Assembly (NCBI GenBank): GCA_035933545.1
Contig: DASYYQ010000146.1
Coordinates: 37,668 to 101,667, forward strand
Direction: 5' to 3'
Length of the DNA stretch: 64,000 nt
Origin: Candidatus Acidiferrales bacterium
Lineage (GTDB): Bacteria > Acidobacteriota > Terriglobia > Acidiferrales > UBA7541
The notes beneath the pieces are model-generated. The model saw nothing but the letters and a program-made list of their open reading frames with translations, did no database searches and was not told where the DNA came from. A program made the translations under genes and the position numbers. Positions 9,241 through 17,667 of the stretch are shown piece after piece. Position 1 is the stretch's first letter; each line of letters starts with the position of its first letter.

Positions 9241-10464
9241 TCAATCGAGAGGGAACGCGTTATCCGTTTCGTCGATGAAAACCACGCCGACGCCGCACCG
9301 GTCTTTTTCGCGGCCAACGTCGCAGTGCATCACCGCCGCGCGCAGCACGATAAGATTCGGACGGTCCGGTGTGCCGCAGTCCACCCGAATATCCATTTGC
9401 GATTGCAGTTGCGGCAAATGCGAAAGCCACAGGTAGCCGCCACGCAAATTCATTTCCTTGAGCACCGCGTACTCCTGGAAGCGCCCGCCCTCTTTGGCCT
9501 GCCCGCTCACCGTGGCGGAAAAATGAACCGTCCGCCGCTGCCCAATGCGCGAAGGCCGCAGTTTGATTTCCGCGCAGCCATCGCGCAACTGCACGGCCAT
9601 CCCATCGGTAGCCGCCCAGGTGTTCGGAAATTCCTGACGCGCCGCGTACAAGTAGCCATCCACGGTGCGGTCGTTCGAATCGGGATCGTGATGAAATAGC
9701 ACTAGGTTTTTTGCGCCGCAATCGCGCGCCAGTTTCACGCTTTCGAGCCAGCTCGAGTGGCCCCAACCTTTTCGCGAAGATGCGAGCTGTTCTGGAGAAC
9801 ATTGCGCGTCGTTGATCAACACATCGGCGCCATCGGCGAGCTGCCGCAAATTGTCGTCGAATTCTGGAACGCCAGGCTCGTTATCCGTTGCGTAAACAAT
9901 TGTGCCCGCGGAAGTTTCGAAGCGGTAACCCAGGCAGCCTTGCGGATGATTGAGCCAGCGCGCCGTAACTTTTGTGCCGTTAATTTCGAATTTATCTCCG
10001 CCGGTAATTTCCGAGAACTGGCGGCCGGAAGGCATCAGCGTCAAGTCCACCGGAAAATACGGACGCGCTAGCTGCGCTTCGAGCACCTGCTTCAAACTTT
10101 CTCGGCCAAGATACTTCGATTGGAAGCTATAAAAATGAAAATCATTTTGCGGTAAATAAAACGGCCGGAAAAACGGGATTCCCTGAATGTGGTCCCAATG
10201 ATAATGGGTGACGAAAATGTGCGCTTGAATGGGGCGGTCGCCTTCGACATTGGCCCACAGGTTGCCCAGCGTTCGCAATCCAGTGCCGCAATCAAGAACG
10301 AAGCGCGTGCCATCCGCCGCAACCAGATCAAGGCAGGGCGTGTTGCCGCCGTAGCGCCACATCCCGCGATCGAGCGTGGGAATGGAGCCGCGCGCCCCCC
10401 AGAAAGATAATTTTGCGCAGTTAGGAAGCATCGAAGGTGATCTCATTGGAGTCCCTTGCTCCAA
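9241..10464 (-). CDS. MBL-fold metallo-hydrolase (FWGxRGS / HxHxDH type) fused to a C-terminal PilZ-like domain
   Basis: N-terminus: KLSFWGARGSIP...GGNTPC...LDCGTG...FVTHYHWDHIQG...NHPQGCLGYR...ATDNEP...HHDP. The C-terminal ~110 aa (RPSRIGQRRTVHFSATV...KEMNLRGGYLWL...VGVVFID) resemble a PilZ beta-barrel. The start may instead be one of the internal Met codons (M7 or M12). Confidence 0.8.
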   Translation of the reverse strand: MEQGTPMRSPSMLPNCAKLSFWGARGSIPTLDRGMWRYGGNTPCLDLVAADGTRFVLDCGTGLRTLGNLWANVEGDRPIQAHIFVTHYHWDHIQGIPFFRPFYLPQNDFHFYSFQSKYLGRESLKQVLEAQLARPYFPVDLTLMPSGRQFSEITGGDKFEINGTKVTARWLNHPQGCLGYRFETSAGTIVYATDNEPGVPEFDDNLRQLADGADVLINDAQCSPEQLASSRKGWGHSSWLESVKLARDCGAKNLVLFHHDPDSNDRTVDGYLYAARQEFPNTWAATDGMAVQLRDGCAEIKLRPSRIGQRRTVHFSATVSGQAKEGGRFQEYAVLKEMNLRGGYLWLSHLPQLQSQMDIRVDCGTPDRPNLIVLRAAVMHCDVGREKDRCGVGVVFIDETDNAFPLD

Positions 10465-10635
10465 TGAATCCCGCCTCAGTGCGGCGAAACGATCACTTCA
10501 ATCGTAGTTTTGCAAAATCGCGAAGTCAAACATGTTGTTCGCAGCGGTGTCGTGGTGGTGAGCGTACGGTGTGCAACGGAAAATACGAAACGAGGCACGG
10601 AAATCCAGTGCGATGAGTTTTTTATTAGGTAGAAT

Positions 10636-11604
10636 TTGCTTATGTATCTCCACTCGCACCGCGTGGGCGAAGGCCATGCGCACAGCCATACCGCGAATTC
10701 GTCCGGCGTCCTGGGCGGCGCGATGCTGGCGACGCTGGCGTTGGTAATTGTCGAGTTCGCCGTGGGCACCCTGGGAAGGTCCATCGCGCTGATCAGTGAT
10801 GGTGTGCATAACCTCACAGACGTACCCACGATTTTGATTTCGTGGATTGCAGCGCGATGGTCGGTTCGGCCGCCTACCCCGGAAAAAACTTACGGCTATC
10901 AGCGCTCCGGCGTGCTGGCCGCGTTTGTAAATGCGATCTTGCTAGTGCTGGTGGCGCTGTACATTCTTTTTGAATCGTACGAGCGGCTGTTGCGGCCAGT
11001 GAAAGTACGCACCGAACTGATGATTGTTGTCGCGGTTTTTGCGCTGATCGTGAACGGCGGCATCACCCTGGGACTGGTGCGCAACCGAAAAGACCTGAAC
11101 CTGCGCAGCATTTTGATTCACAATTTCGGTGATGCACTTTCGAATGTGGCCATCATTGTTGGAGCGCTGGCCATCCGCTGGGCCGGAGTGAATTGGGCGG
11201 ATCCGGCGATCGGCATGGGCATCGGATTGATGGTGCTGTGGAGCGCGATCGGAATTCTGCGTGAGAGCAGCCACATTTTGCTGGAAGGCTTACCGAGGGA
11301 CTTGAGGCTGGAAGATGTGGCGCATGCCGTGCTGGAAGTGCAGAACGTGCAGGAAGTTCACGATATTCACGTCTGGACGATTGGCTTTGAGCTGCAGGCG
11401 CTTTCCTGCCATGTGTGCATTCCGGATATGCACATGGAGCAAAGCGAGAAAATTCTCGCGGCCATCCGACAGCGATTGGCGGACCGTTTTCACATCACGC
11501 ATACGACCATTCAGTTCGAGCGCGCTGGCTTGCCCTCGGAAGCGGGCTACTTCATGCCCGAGCCACTGCCACCAGAAACGAAGCCCCAGAGAAGCAGGAC
11601 ATAG
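10636..11604 (+). CDS. cation diffusion facilitator (CzcD/ZitB-type) divalent-metal efflux transporter
   Basis: His-rich N-terminus (HSHRVGEGHAHSH), LISDGVHNLTDV (TM2 metal site), HNFGDALSNV (TM5 HxxxD), and a C-terminal cytoplasmic domain with VHDIHVW. The true start may be the ATG at 10642. Confidence 0.85.
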   Translation: MLMYLHSHRVGEGHAHSHTANSSGVLGGAMLATLALVIVEFAVGTLGRSIALISDGVHNLTDVPTILISWIAARWSVRPPTPEKTYGYQRSGVLAAFVNAILLVLVALYILFESYERLLRPVKVRTELMIVVAVFALIVNGGITLGLVRNRKDLNLRSILIHNFGDALSNVAIIVGALAIRWAGVNWADPAIGMGIGLMVLWSAIGILRESSHILLEGLPRDLRLEDVAHAVLEVQNVQEVHDIHVWTIGFELQALSCHVCIPDMHMEQSEKILAAIRQRLADRFHITHTTIQFERAGLPSEAGYFMPEPLPPETKPQRSRT

Positions 11605-11616
11605 CCGGCTAGTTCG

Positions 11617-12387
11617 TCATCCGCGCACAACACGCACTGAAACGGCTTCGGCGATGATTAGCCCGATCGCTGCCATGTTTAAAGCCACGAACATGCTGGC
11701 CCACAAATTCCCATTGTGCAAAGAGTGCGCGACGAGCGGGGCATGAAGCATCGCGACCCAGATGAGAAACATTAGCGCCAGCAGAATGCCTGCGAGGCGC
11801 GTCAGCTTGCCGGTTGCGAAACTGAGCGCGGCCGCAACGAAAGCTGTGCCGGTAAAATACGCCAAGAACAAACGCCCTGGCATCCACGCAGGAATCAGCG
11901 AGGCGATGAAGTTGGTACCTATGAAGTGCTGGATACCGAATATGGCCAGCGAAACGGCGACAAGCAACCGTCCAAAGTTTGCCGTGGCGTCGATGGGCTC
12001 GCTCCAAACGCCGGATGATTCCGCAGAAAATGTGGCGCCCAGGACAAAGGCGGCGCCAGCCATGGCCAGCGTTTCAAAGCCGCGCGTGCGAATGTTGCCG
12101 CTGTGCAAATTTGCGAGGATCCTTGCCGCATGAAAAACCAAAAAATCGAGAAGCAGAGCGGCGCCCAGCAAACGCACGGAAAGCGCTGCCTTGAATCCGC
12201 TGACGATGCTTACAGCTGCGATCATTAAGCCCGCCCCAATTAAATAAGCGGGGACGACCCTAGCTACCGTGTAGGGCGGGATGTTCGCCAAGTCAGTGGC
12301 GCGGTGCACAAAAATGAGGTATTGAACGCCGAACGCGCCCATCGAAACCGCGAAGAAATAACGGCCCAAGCGCAGCAGCAAAATCAT
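11617..12387 (-). CDS. polytopic integral membrane protein, family not assigned
   Basis: Start taken at MILLLRLGRYFFAVSMGAFG. There are about 8 hydrophobic segments along the whole ORF. The upstream 57 codons of the track ORF look non-coding. Confidence 0.55.
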   Translation of the reverse strand: MILLLRLGRYFFAVSMGAFGVQYLIFVHRATDLANIPPYTVARVVPAYLIGAGLMIAAVSIVSGFKAALSVRLLGAALLLDFLVFHAARILANLHSGNIRTRGFETLAMAGAAFVLGATFSAESSGVWSEPIDATANFGRLLVAVSLAIFGIQHFIGTNFIASLIPAWMPGRLFLAYFTGTAFVAAALSFATGKLTRLAGILLALMFLIWVAMLHAPLVAHSLHNGNLWASMFVALNMAAIGLIIAEAVSVRVVRG

Positions 12388-12614
12388 CGTGCCGTTCCGC
12401 GCATACACAAAGTCATAACTCCCATGGTGCGGGATTCTACACTTATTGAGGACATGCGAAACGTAAAAACACAGCCGATGTAAGCAAGAGCGCCGTTGAG
12501 CAGTTCGCATTTCGAAGAGGCAGTAATGAATCGCAAAGGCCGGGCAATGCAAATACACCGGGTCGGTGAGGCCCGCGATAAGAAAGAAAAACGCAGAAGA
12601 TTTTTTTACGTACC

Positions 12615-12637
12615 CGCCTCCAATGGCTAGGGAGGCG
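12615..12637 (-). terminator. GC-rich hairpin immediately downstream of CDS 12643..13473
   Basis: CGCCTCC (12615-12621) and GGAGGCG (12631-12637) form a 7-bp stem with a 9-nt loop, 6 nt after the stop codon. There is no U-tract on the minus strand, so function is uncertain. Confidence 0.3.
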
Positions 12638-12642
12638 TAGAG

Positions 12643-13473
12643 TTAGAGTGAAAGTTTCAGCGGGGTGCCGTGCTGCTGATTGAGCTGCTCGGTCGCTGTA
12701 GCGTCAAGATCCGCGACAGGGAACGAGCCGCGCATTCCATCCCCGGTGATGTAAACGATGGAATCGGATTGGCGTGTGAAGGCCACGGCCTTGATTTGCT
12801 TTCCGCTGCGAAGTACCAAAACGAACTCGCCGACGGGCGGCAGCGGCGGCTGTTCGGCTGCAACGGGCGCCGGCGGAGCCGTTCTTTCTGCACTGGGCTG
12901 CGCTTGCGGCGCAGACTGCTGAAGCACAATGATTTGAGGCTGCTGCTGATAGACAGCGGGTTCGGAGTATCCCTCGCCGTAAAACGGAACAAAAGCAGAA
13001 GTTCCAGCGCCCTGCTCGTCGCGCAGCAATTGTTCGGTGATGGCGAGTTCGTGCTGCGTGATCGGATCGATGATTGCGCGCACGCCGAGATCATGATTCA
13101 GCGCGGCAAGATGGGAGTAATCGAATCCGAGGCCGGGAACATTGTTCAACAACTGGCCGAGGTCGAGCGATGCCCCGCCGGCAGCGGTGAAACCGAAAGA
13201 GAAGGGATTTCCGTTTAAGGATACTTCACCAGGCGGCGCGACCTGGTGCGAACTCGTTGTAGTGGCGATGGTTTGCGACACCGGGGTCCCCGGCAAGCGC
13301 ACAATCACCGGCGTCGGGGTTCGCACTGCAGGAGGACGAAACGCAGGACGCGGGGCGGCCATTCGCGCTGCCGGCGAATAGATTCGCACATGGCTGAATT
13401 TACTTTGCGCAGATGCGGTTGTGGAGACCAGGAAGATTACAACCAGAAGCTCAAAACTCGCCCGGCGGATCAT
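12643..13473 (-). CDS. secreted Pro/Gln-rich hypothetical protein
   Basis: 276-aa ORF with a signal peptide (MIRRASFELLVVIFLVSTTASAQ). I recognise no family motif. Coding-like composition is maintained to the end. Confidence 0.6.
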   Translation of the reverse strand: MIRRASFELLVVIFLVSTTASAQSKFSHVRIYSPAARMAAPRPAFRPPAVRTPTPVIVRLPGTPVSQTIATTTSSHQVAPPGEVSLNGNPFSFGFTAAGGASLDLGQLLNNVPGLGFDYSHLAALNHDLGVRAIIDPITQHELAITEQLLRDEQGAGTSAFVPFYGEGYSEPAVYQQQPQIIVLQQSAPQAQPSAERTAPPAPVAAEQPPLPPVGEFVLVLRSGKQIKAVAFTRQSDSIVYITGDGMRGSFPVADLDATATEQLNQQHGTPLKLSL

Positions 13474-13674
13474 TGGAAGCTCCTCGCGTGTTCCCTGCTG
13501 CCTTGCCTGCTTTCTACAGCGGATGATGCGGCCTCAGTGACGCTGGTTGTTTCTATTTTAGCGCATTTGCACCCTGTCGGCGCATTTTTCACTGCTCGCT
13601 TTCTCGGGCGCTGCCTTGCACCTACGGAAAATTGATAAGCACCGAGGCTCGGATTTTTTCGCGCGAACGCCGCT

Positions 13675-13702
13675 TTGACGCAAACACCGGATATGCTATA
13701 AA
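13675..13702 (+). promoter_or_regulatory. sigma70-type promoter (TTGACG-16 nt-TATAAA, with TGc extended -10)
   Basis: TTGACG lies at 13675-13680 and TATAAA at 13697-13702, with a 16-nt spacer. The ATG at 13713 lies 10 nt after the -10 box, implying a leaderless or near-leaderless mRNA. Confidence 0.45.
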
Positions 13703-13712
13703 CATTGGGCCG

Positions 13713-13913
13713 ATGGGAGCGGAAGAACCCGTCAAATTGTCCACTGCCTTGCCGACGGGAGAGGAATGCAGAAGCGTTTCGGAAAATGCAACACACCAGC
13801 CGGCAAATGCTTCGATGTATTGTCCAGTGTGCTTTCGAGCGCTCGAGCAGCTCCGATGTAAATTGATTTGCAAATCATGCGGCTACTATATGTCCTGTTC
13901 GGATTATTACTGA
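13713..13913 (+). CDS. small (66 aa) CxxC...CxxC zinc-ribbon protein
   Basis: MGAEEPVKLSTALPTGEECRSV...MYCPVCFRALEQLRCKLICKSCGYYMSCSDYY. Two CxxC pairs are 12 residues apart, and a good promoter lies directly upstream. Confidence 0.45.
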   Translation: MGAEEPVKLSTALPTGEECRSVSENATHQPANASMYCPVCFRALEQLRCKLICKSCGYYMSCSDYY

Positions 13914-14001
13914 ATTTTGGGGATACAGGCTTCTCGCAGCAGTAGATTTTGCGGAGCGCAATTTCAGGCAGTGAATTCGAATTTGCCAGGAGGCGAATAA
14001 C

Positions 14002-14349
14002 GTGGCATTGAGAATGACGGATCGAGAAGTAAGTGGAGTCACCGTGGTGGATTTGGATGGACGGATTGTGCTGGGCGAGGAAAGCAACTCGTTCCGCGAG
14101 CGAGTGAAGGGGCTGCTCGCCAGCAATCACAAGAAGATTGTGCTGAACATGGCCAATGTAACCTATATCGACAGCGCGGGATTGGGCACGCTGGTGGCGA
14201 CGTTCCATAGCGCGCGCTCGCAGGGCGGCACGCTGAAGCTTTGCAACCTCGGGCAGAAGTTTAGGGAAGTGCTCCAGGTCACTAAGCTCATGACCGTTTT
14301 CGATGTGTACGATAACGAGGCGGCGGCGGTTCAGAGCTTCGCGAAGTAA
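14002..14349 (+). CDS. STAS-domain anti-sigma-factor antagonist (SpoIIAA/RsbV-like)
   Basis: GTG start is preceded by AGGAGG (13989-13994). VTVVDLDGRIVLGEES...KKIVLNMANVTYIDSAGLGTLVATFHSARSQGGTLKLCNL...VLQVTKL is the canonical STAS pattern with the phosphorylatable DSAG serine. Confidence 0.85.
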   Translation: MALRMTDREVSGVTVVDLDGRIVLGEESNSFRERVKGLLASNHKKIVLNMANVTYIDSAGLGTLVATFHSARSQGGTLKLCNLGQKFREVLQVTKLMTVFDVYDNEAAAVQSFAK

Positions 14350-14554
14350 GCCTTTCGTTAAGCGTGACTTGGCTTTGATGTAGAACCCCGTCAAAGTCAA
14401 AATGCCTCTTTATGTTGTGCCAGTACTAGAACGTCCTTGCGCCGAGCTTCTTTTTTTTGTAGCATGAATGGCAGTACCTTCGTCCCCGCGAAGGTGGTCC
14501 GTGAGTATTATTTGGGATTTGGTTCAAGAGCCCGAGTCTCCCGAGCGACGTGAC

Positions 14555-14926
14555 ATGGCAGAGTTCCCGAGCGAGCTGATATCTGAGCGGCGCAGGAGCT
14601 CTCGAGTTAGTCTGTACGTACCTTTGTTTGTTTATGGGTACACCTCAACGCAAGAACCCTTCTATCAGGAAACCAACACGCTGGAAGTGAACGCGAACGG
14701 AGGCCTGCTGCACCTTAACGCTGGCGCGAATGTGCGTCGTGGGCAGAAGCTGCTGGTGCTGAACCGGCTCACCAAAGAAGAGCAGCAGTGCTACGTGGTA
14801 ACACTGGCGAAATGGCCCAAACGGGCAGAGTTGCGAGTGGGAGTCGCGTTTGTAAAACCAGCGCCGGAATTCTGGACGCGTCGCAAAGAAGAACCCGCCC
14901 GGCAAACTTCCGCGGTCTCGCGTTAA
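14555..14926 (+). CDS. stand-alone PilZ-like domain protein
   Basis: SERRRSSRVSLYVPLFV is an RRxxxR motif, and about 25 residues later comes TLEVNANGGLLHL, a variant of (D/N)xSxxG. Size is about 120 aa. The start codon is uncertain (track ORF begins at 14468). Confidence 0.6.
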   Translation: MAEFPSELISERRRSSRVSLYVPLFVYGYTSTQEPFYQETNTLEVNANGGLLHLNAGANVRRGQKLLVLNRLTKEEQQCYVVTLAKWPKRAELRVGVAFVKPAPEFWTRRKEEPARQTSAVSR

Positions 14927-16245
14927 TTTCTTACAAGCGGCAATCGCAAACGAGCCTCGCATCCGTGTCCTGAAGTGACGTTCTCCAGGCTCAAGTTGCC
15001 CCCGTGCGCTTCCGCGATTTGCCGGCTGAGCACCAAGCCGATCCCCGAGCCGCCGGGCTTAGTGGTGAAAAACGGGACGAAGAGATTGGCTACGCTAGGT
15101 ATGCCCGGGCCTTCGTCGCGAACCCACACTTCCAGAAAACTATCCTCGGTGTCCCAGCCTACGTGCACGCCACCGCCCGTTTCGCTGGCCGCATCCACGG
15201 CATTCTTAACAAGGTTGATGAGTACCTGATCCAATTGGTCGGGATCGGCTTGTATAGTGACCTCGGGGCCGGCTTCGACCGGAATGCGCATACGCGGATC
15301 GAGGCTGGCCGCGCGCTGTACCCAAGTCGCGACGGGCATCGGCCGCAACTGCGGAGCTGGAAGCCTCGCAAGGCGCGCGTAGGCGTTCATGAAGCGCGCG
15401 AGCCCGTCGGTGCGATTGGCGATGACCGCGAGGCCACGGCTCATGTCGTCTTCCCAGTCCGCAGGCTTCTGCGGACGCGAGATCATGTCGGAAAGGCTTT
15501 CAGCGACGGATTTGATGGGCGCGAGAGAATTGTTGAGCTCGTGCCCAATCACCCGAATCAACCGCTGCCACGCCAAGCGTTCCTCTTCGCGGAGCGCCTG
15601 GCTCAGATCGGAAACCAAAACGAGCTGATGCGGCTTGCCACCTTCGCGAAAGCTGCCACGATGAATTTCCCAGCGACCCATTTTCCCCGGAAAAGCGATC
15701 TGCGCGACGTGCGGAGTCTCGACGGTGAGACAAAATTCGACGCCAAGCTCTTCCGCGGTGCGGCCGATGGCGCGTTCGGCGGGACGATTGAGGATCCGTT
15801 CGCCAGCGCGGTTGAGCAGGCGCAGGCGATTCGAGGAATCGAACGCGAACACAGCGATATCAATTTCCTCCATCACTTTGCGCAAGAGCGCGGTAGCTTC
15901 TAAGGCACCGAGCCGCTGCAGGCGCAGAGTTTCCCCGAGAGCGTTGACTTCGCGCATCACTTCGCCCAGCGCGTCGGAATGCTCCGCGCCGCGCGCGCGA
16001 ATCGAGAAGTCTCCCTCGTGCAGCGCGGCGAGCATGTTGGAGAGCGTGCGTAACGGAAAAGTGATGCGGTTCTGCGCGCTAAAAGCAAACCCCAGCCACG
16101 CGGCGGCTATGATGATGGTGAGCGTCCAAGCCGTCTTGGCGTCGTGCTGGCCGGTCCACAGGAGAATGATCGCGGTGACAGAACCGAACAGCCCCGCGAG
16201 AAGCGCGCGGATGAGGATGCGGCGTTCGTAAGCGAGAGGCTTCAC
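14923..16245 (-). CDS. sensor histidine kinase (2 TM-HAMP-PAS-HisKA-HATPase; NtrB/AtoS-like)
   Basis: H-box VIGHELNNSLAPIKS, N-box LINLVKNAVDA, G1 VRDEGPGI, G2 TKPGGSGIGL, and two N-terminal TM segments. It overlaps the regulator gene by 4 nt. Confidence 0.85.
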   Translation of the reverse strand: MKPLAYERRILIRALLAGLFGSVTAIILLWTGQHDAKTAWTLTIIIAAAWLGFAFSAQNRITFPLRTLSNMLAALHEGDFSIRARGAEHSDALGEVMREVNALGETLRLQRLGALEATALLRKVMEEIDIAVFAFDSSNRLRLLNRAGERILNRPAERAIGRTAEELGVEFCLTVETPHVAQIAFPGKMGRWEIHRGSFREGGKPHQLVLVSDLSQALREEERLAWQRLIRVIGHELNNSLAPIKSVAESLSDMISRPQKPADWEDDMSRGLAVIANRTDGLARFMNAYARLARLPAPQLRPMPVATWVQRAASLDPRMRIPVEAGPEVTIQADPDQLDQVLINLVKNAVDAASETGGGVHVGWDTEDSFLEVWVRDEGPGIPSVANLFVPFFTTKPGGSGIGLVLSRQIAEAHGGNLSLENVTSGHGCEARLRLPLVRN

Positions 16246-17621
16246 AGCCCGTATTTTTGCAACCGCCTATAGAGCGCGCTGCGACTCAGGCCAAGCGTCT
16301 TGCTGGCATGGCTGACGTTTCCGCCATAACGGCCCATGGCTTTTTGAATCAGCGCCCGCTCGACGTCTTCGAGGCTCATATCTTCGATTCGGGAACTGCC
16401 TTCGCGCACCTGCCGCAATCCCAGGTCGCTGGCCCTCACTTCGGAACCTTCGGCCATCAGCACAGCGCGTTCAACGGAATGATCCAGTTCGCGAACATTG
16501 CCCGGCCAGGGATGCTCGAGCAACAGTTTCATGGCTGTAGACTCGAATCCAGACAAATTTTTGCGATAGCGTTGCGCGGACTGCCGCAGAAAATGCATGG
16601 CCAGCAGCGGAATGTCTTCCTTTCGTTCGCGTAACGGCGGCAGATGAATTTCAATAGTGTTCAAGCGGAAAAGCAAGTCTTCGCGGAAGCGTCCAGCCTC
16701 GACTTCATTTTGCACGTTAGCATTAGTCGCGGAAAGAATGCGCACGTCCACGCGGCGAGTGCTCGAAGAGCCTACCCGTTCGATCTCGCCGGTTTCCAAG
16801 GCACGCAGAAGCTTGGCCTGCAAATTCATAGGTACGTTAGCAATTTCATCGAGGAAAAGCGTGCCGCCATCGGCAAGCTCGAAGCGGCCCACACGGTCGA
16901 CCTTCGCGTCGGTGAACGCGCCCTTCACGTGGCCGAAAAGCTCGCTCTCGAAAACGCCCTCGGGCAATCCGCCGGCATTCACCGTGACCAGTGGTTTCCC
17001 CGAGCGCGAGGAAAGGGCCTGGAGGGTGCGCGCAATCACCTCTTTCCCTGTGCCATGCTCTCCGGTAATCAGCACGTTGGCGTCGGACGGGCCAACGCGC
17101 GAAATCAAGTCCAGCACCGGGCGCATGACCGCTGATTCGGCGATGAGCATCGGACGCCCATCGGCGCGCAGCAAGCGATTCTCCGCTTCCAGTCGGACGC
17201 TCTGACGAATCGCATGGGCCAGTTCGATTTGCGTGCGCAAAATGGCAAGCAGGCGCGCATTTTCCCATGGCTTCTGAATGAAATCCTTCGCGCCGCGCCG
17301 CATCGCTTCAACGGCGAGATTGAGGCTGCCCCACGCAGTCATCACAATCACCGGCAAACTGCCATCGCGCGTGCGAATTTCGGTGAGCAGGTCCAGGCCT
17401 TCTTGTCCTGACGTGGTATCGCGAGCATAATTCAGATCCATCAGGATGGCATCGAACTCCCGCGTGTCCAGCGACGCAAGGAGCGCGCTCGGCGATGCGA
17501 CAGCGTCAATCTCAAACCCTTCGCCCTTGAGCAGCAAGCGCAAAGCCTCGCGCACATCGGGTTGGTCGTCGGCGACGAGAATGCGCCAGCGATGTGAATT
17601 ATTGGAACCGGTTATAGACAT
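16242..17621 (-). CDS. sigma54-dependent response regulator (NtrC family: REC-AAA+-HTH)
   Basis: REC domain (ILVADDQPDV...DAILMDLNY), Walker A GEHGTGKE, the sigma54-contact loop GAFTDA (GAFTGA variant), ESELFGH, RVDVRILSATN, and a C-terminal Fis-type HTH (SHASKTLGLSRSALYRRLQKYG). Confidence 0.9.
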   Translation of the reverse strand: MSITGSNNSHRWRILVADDQPDVREALRLLLKGEGFEIDAVASPSALLASLDTREFDAILMDLNYARDTTSGQEGLDLLTEIRTRDGSLPVIVMTAWGSLNLAVEAMRRGAKDFIQKPWENARLLAILRTQIELAHAIRQSVRLEAENRLLRADGRPMLIAESAVMRPVLDLISRVGPSDANVLITGEHGTGKEVIARTLQALSSRSGKPLVTVNAGGLPEGVFESELFGHVKGAFTDAKVDRVGRFELADGGTLFLDEIANVPMNLQAKLLRALETGEIERVGSSSTRRVDVRILSATNANVQNEVEAGRFREDLLFRLNTIEIHLPPLRERKEDIPLLAMHFLRQSAQRYRKNLSGFESTAMKLLLEHPWPGNVRELDHSVERAVLMAEGSEVRASDLGLRQVREGSSRIEDMSLEDVERALIQKAMGRYGGNVSHASKTLGLSRSALYRRLQKYGL

Positions 17622-17667
17622 TTAGCCCCTTATGAGTGCTGAACATTTATCCTGAGTCATTTGCGAA

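Noticed and set aside
13732-14400. 222-aa minus-strand ORF spanning the Zn-ribbon and STAS genes
   Set aside because: The plus-strand STAS translation is canonical and has an AGGAGG RBS. The minus-strand product has no motif and would leave the good plus-strand promoter at 13675 unexplained.
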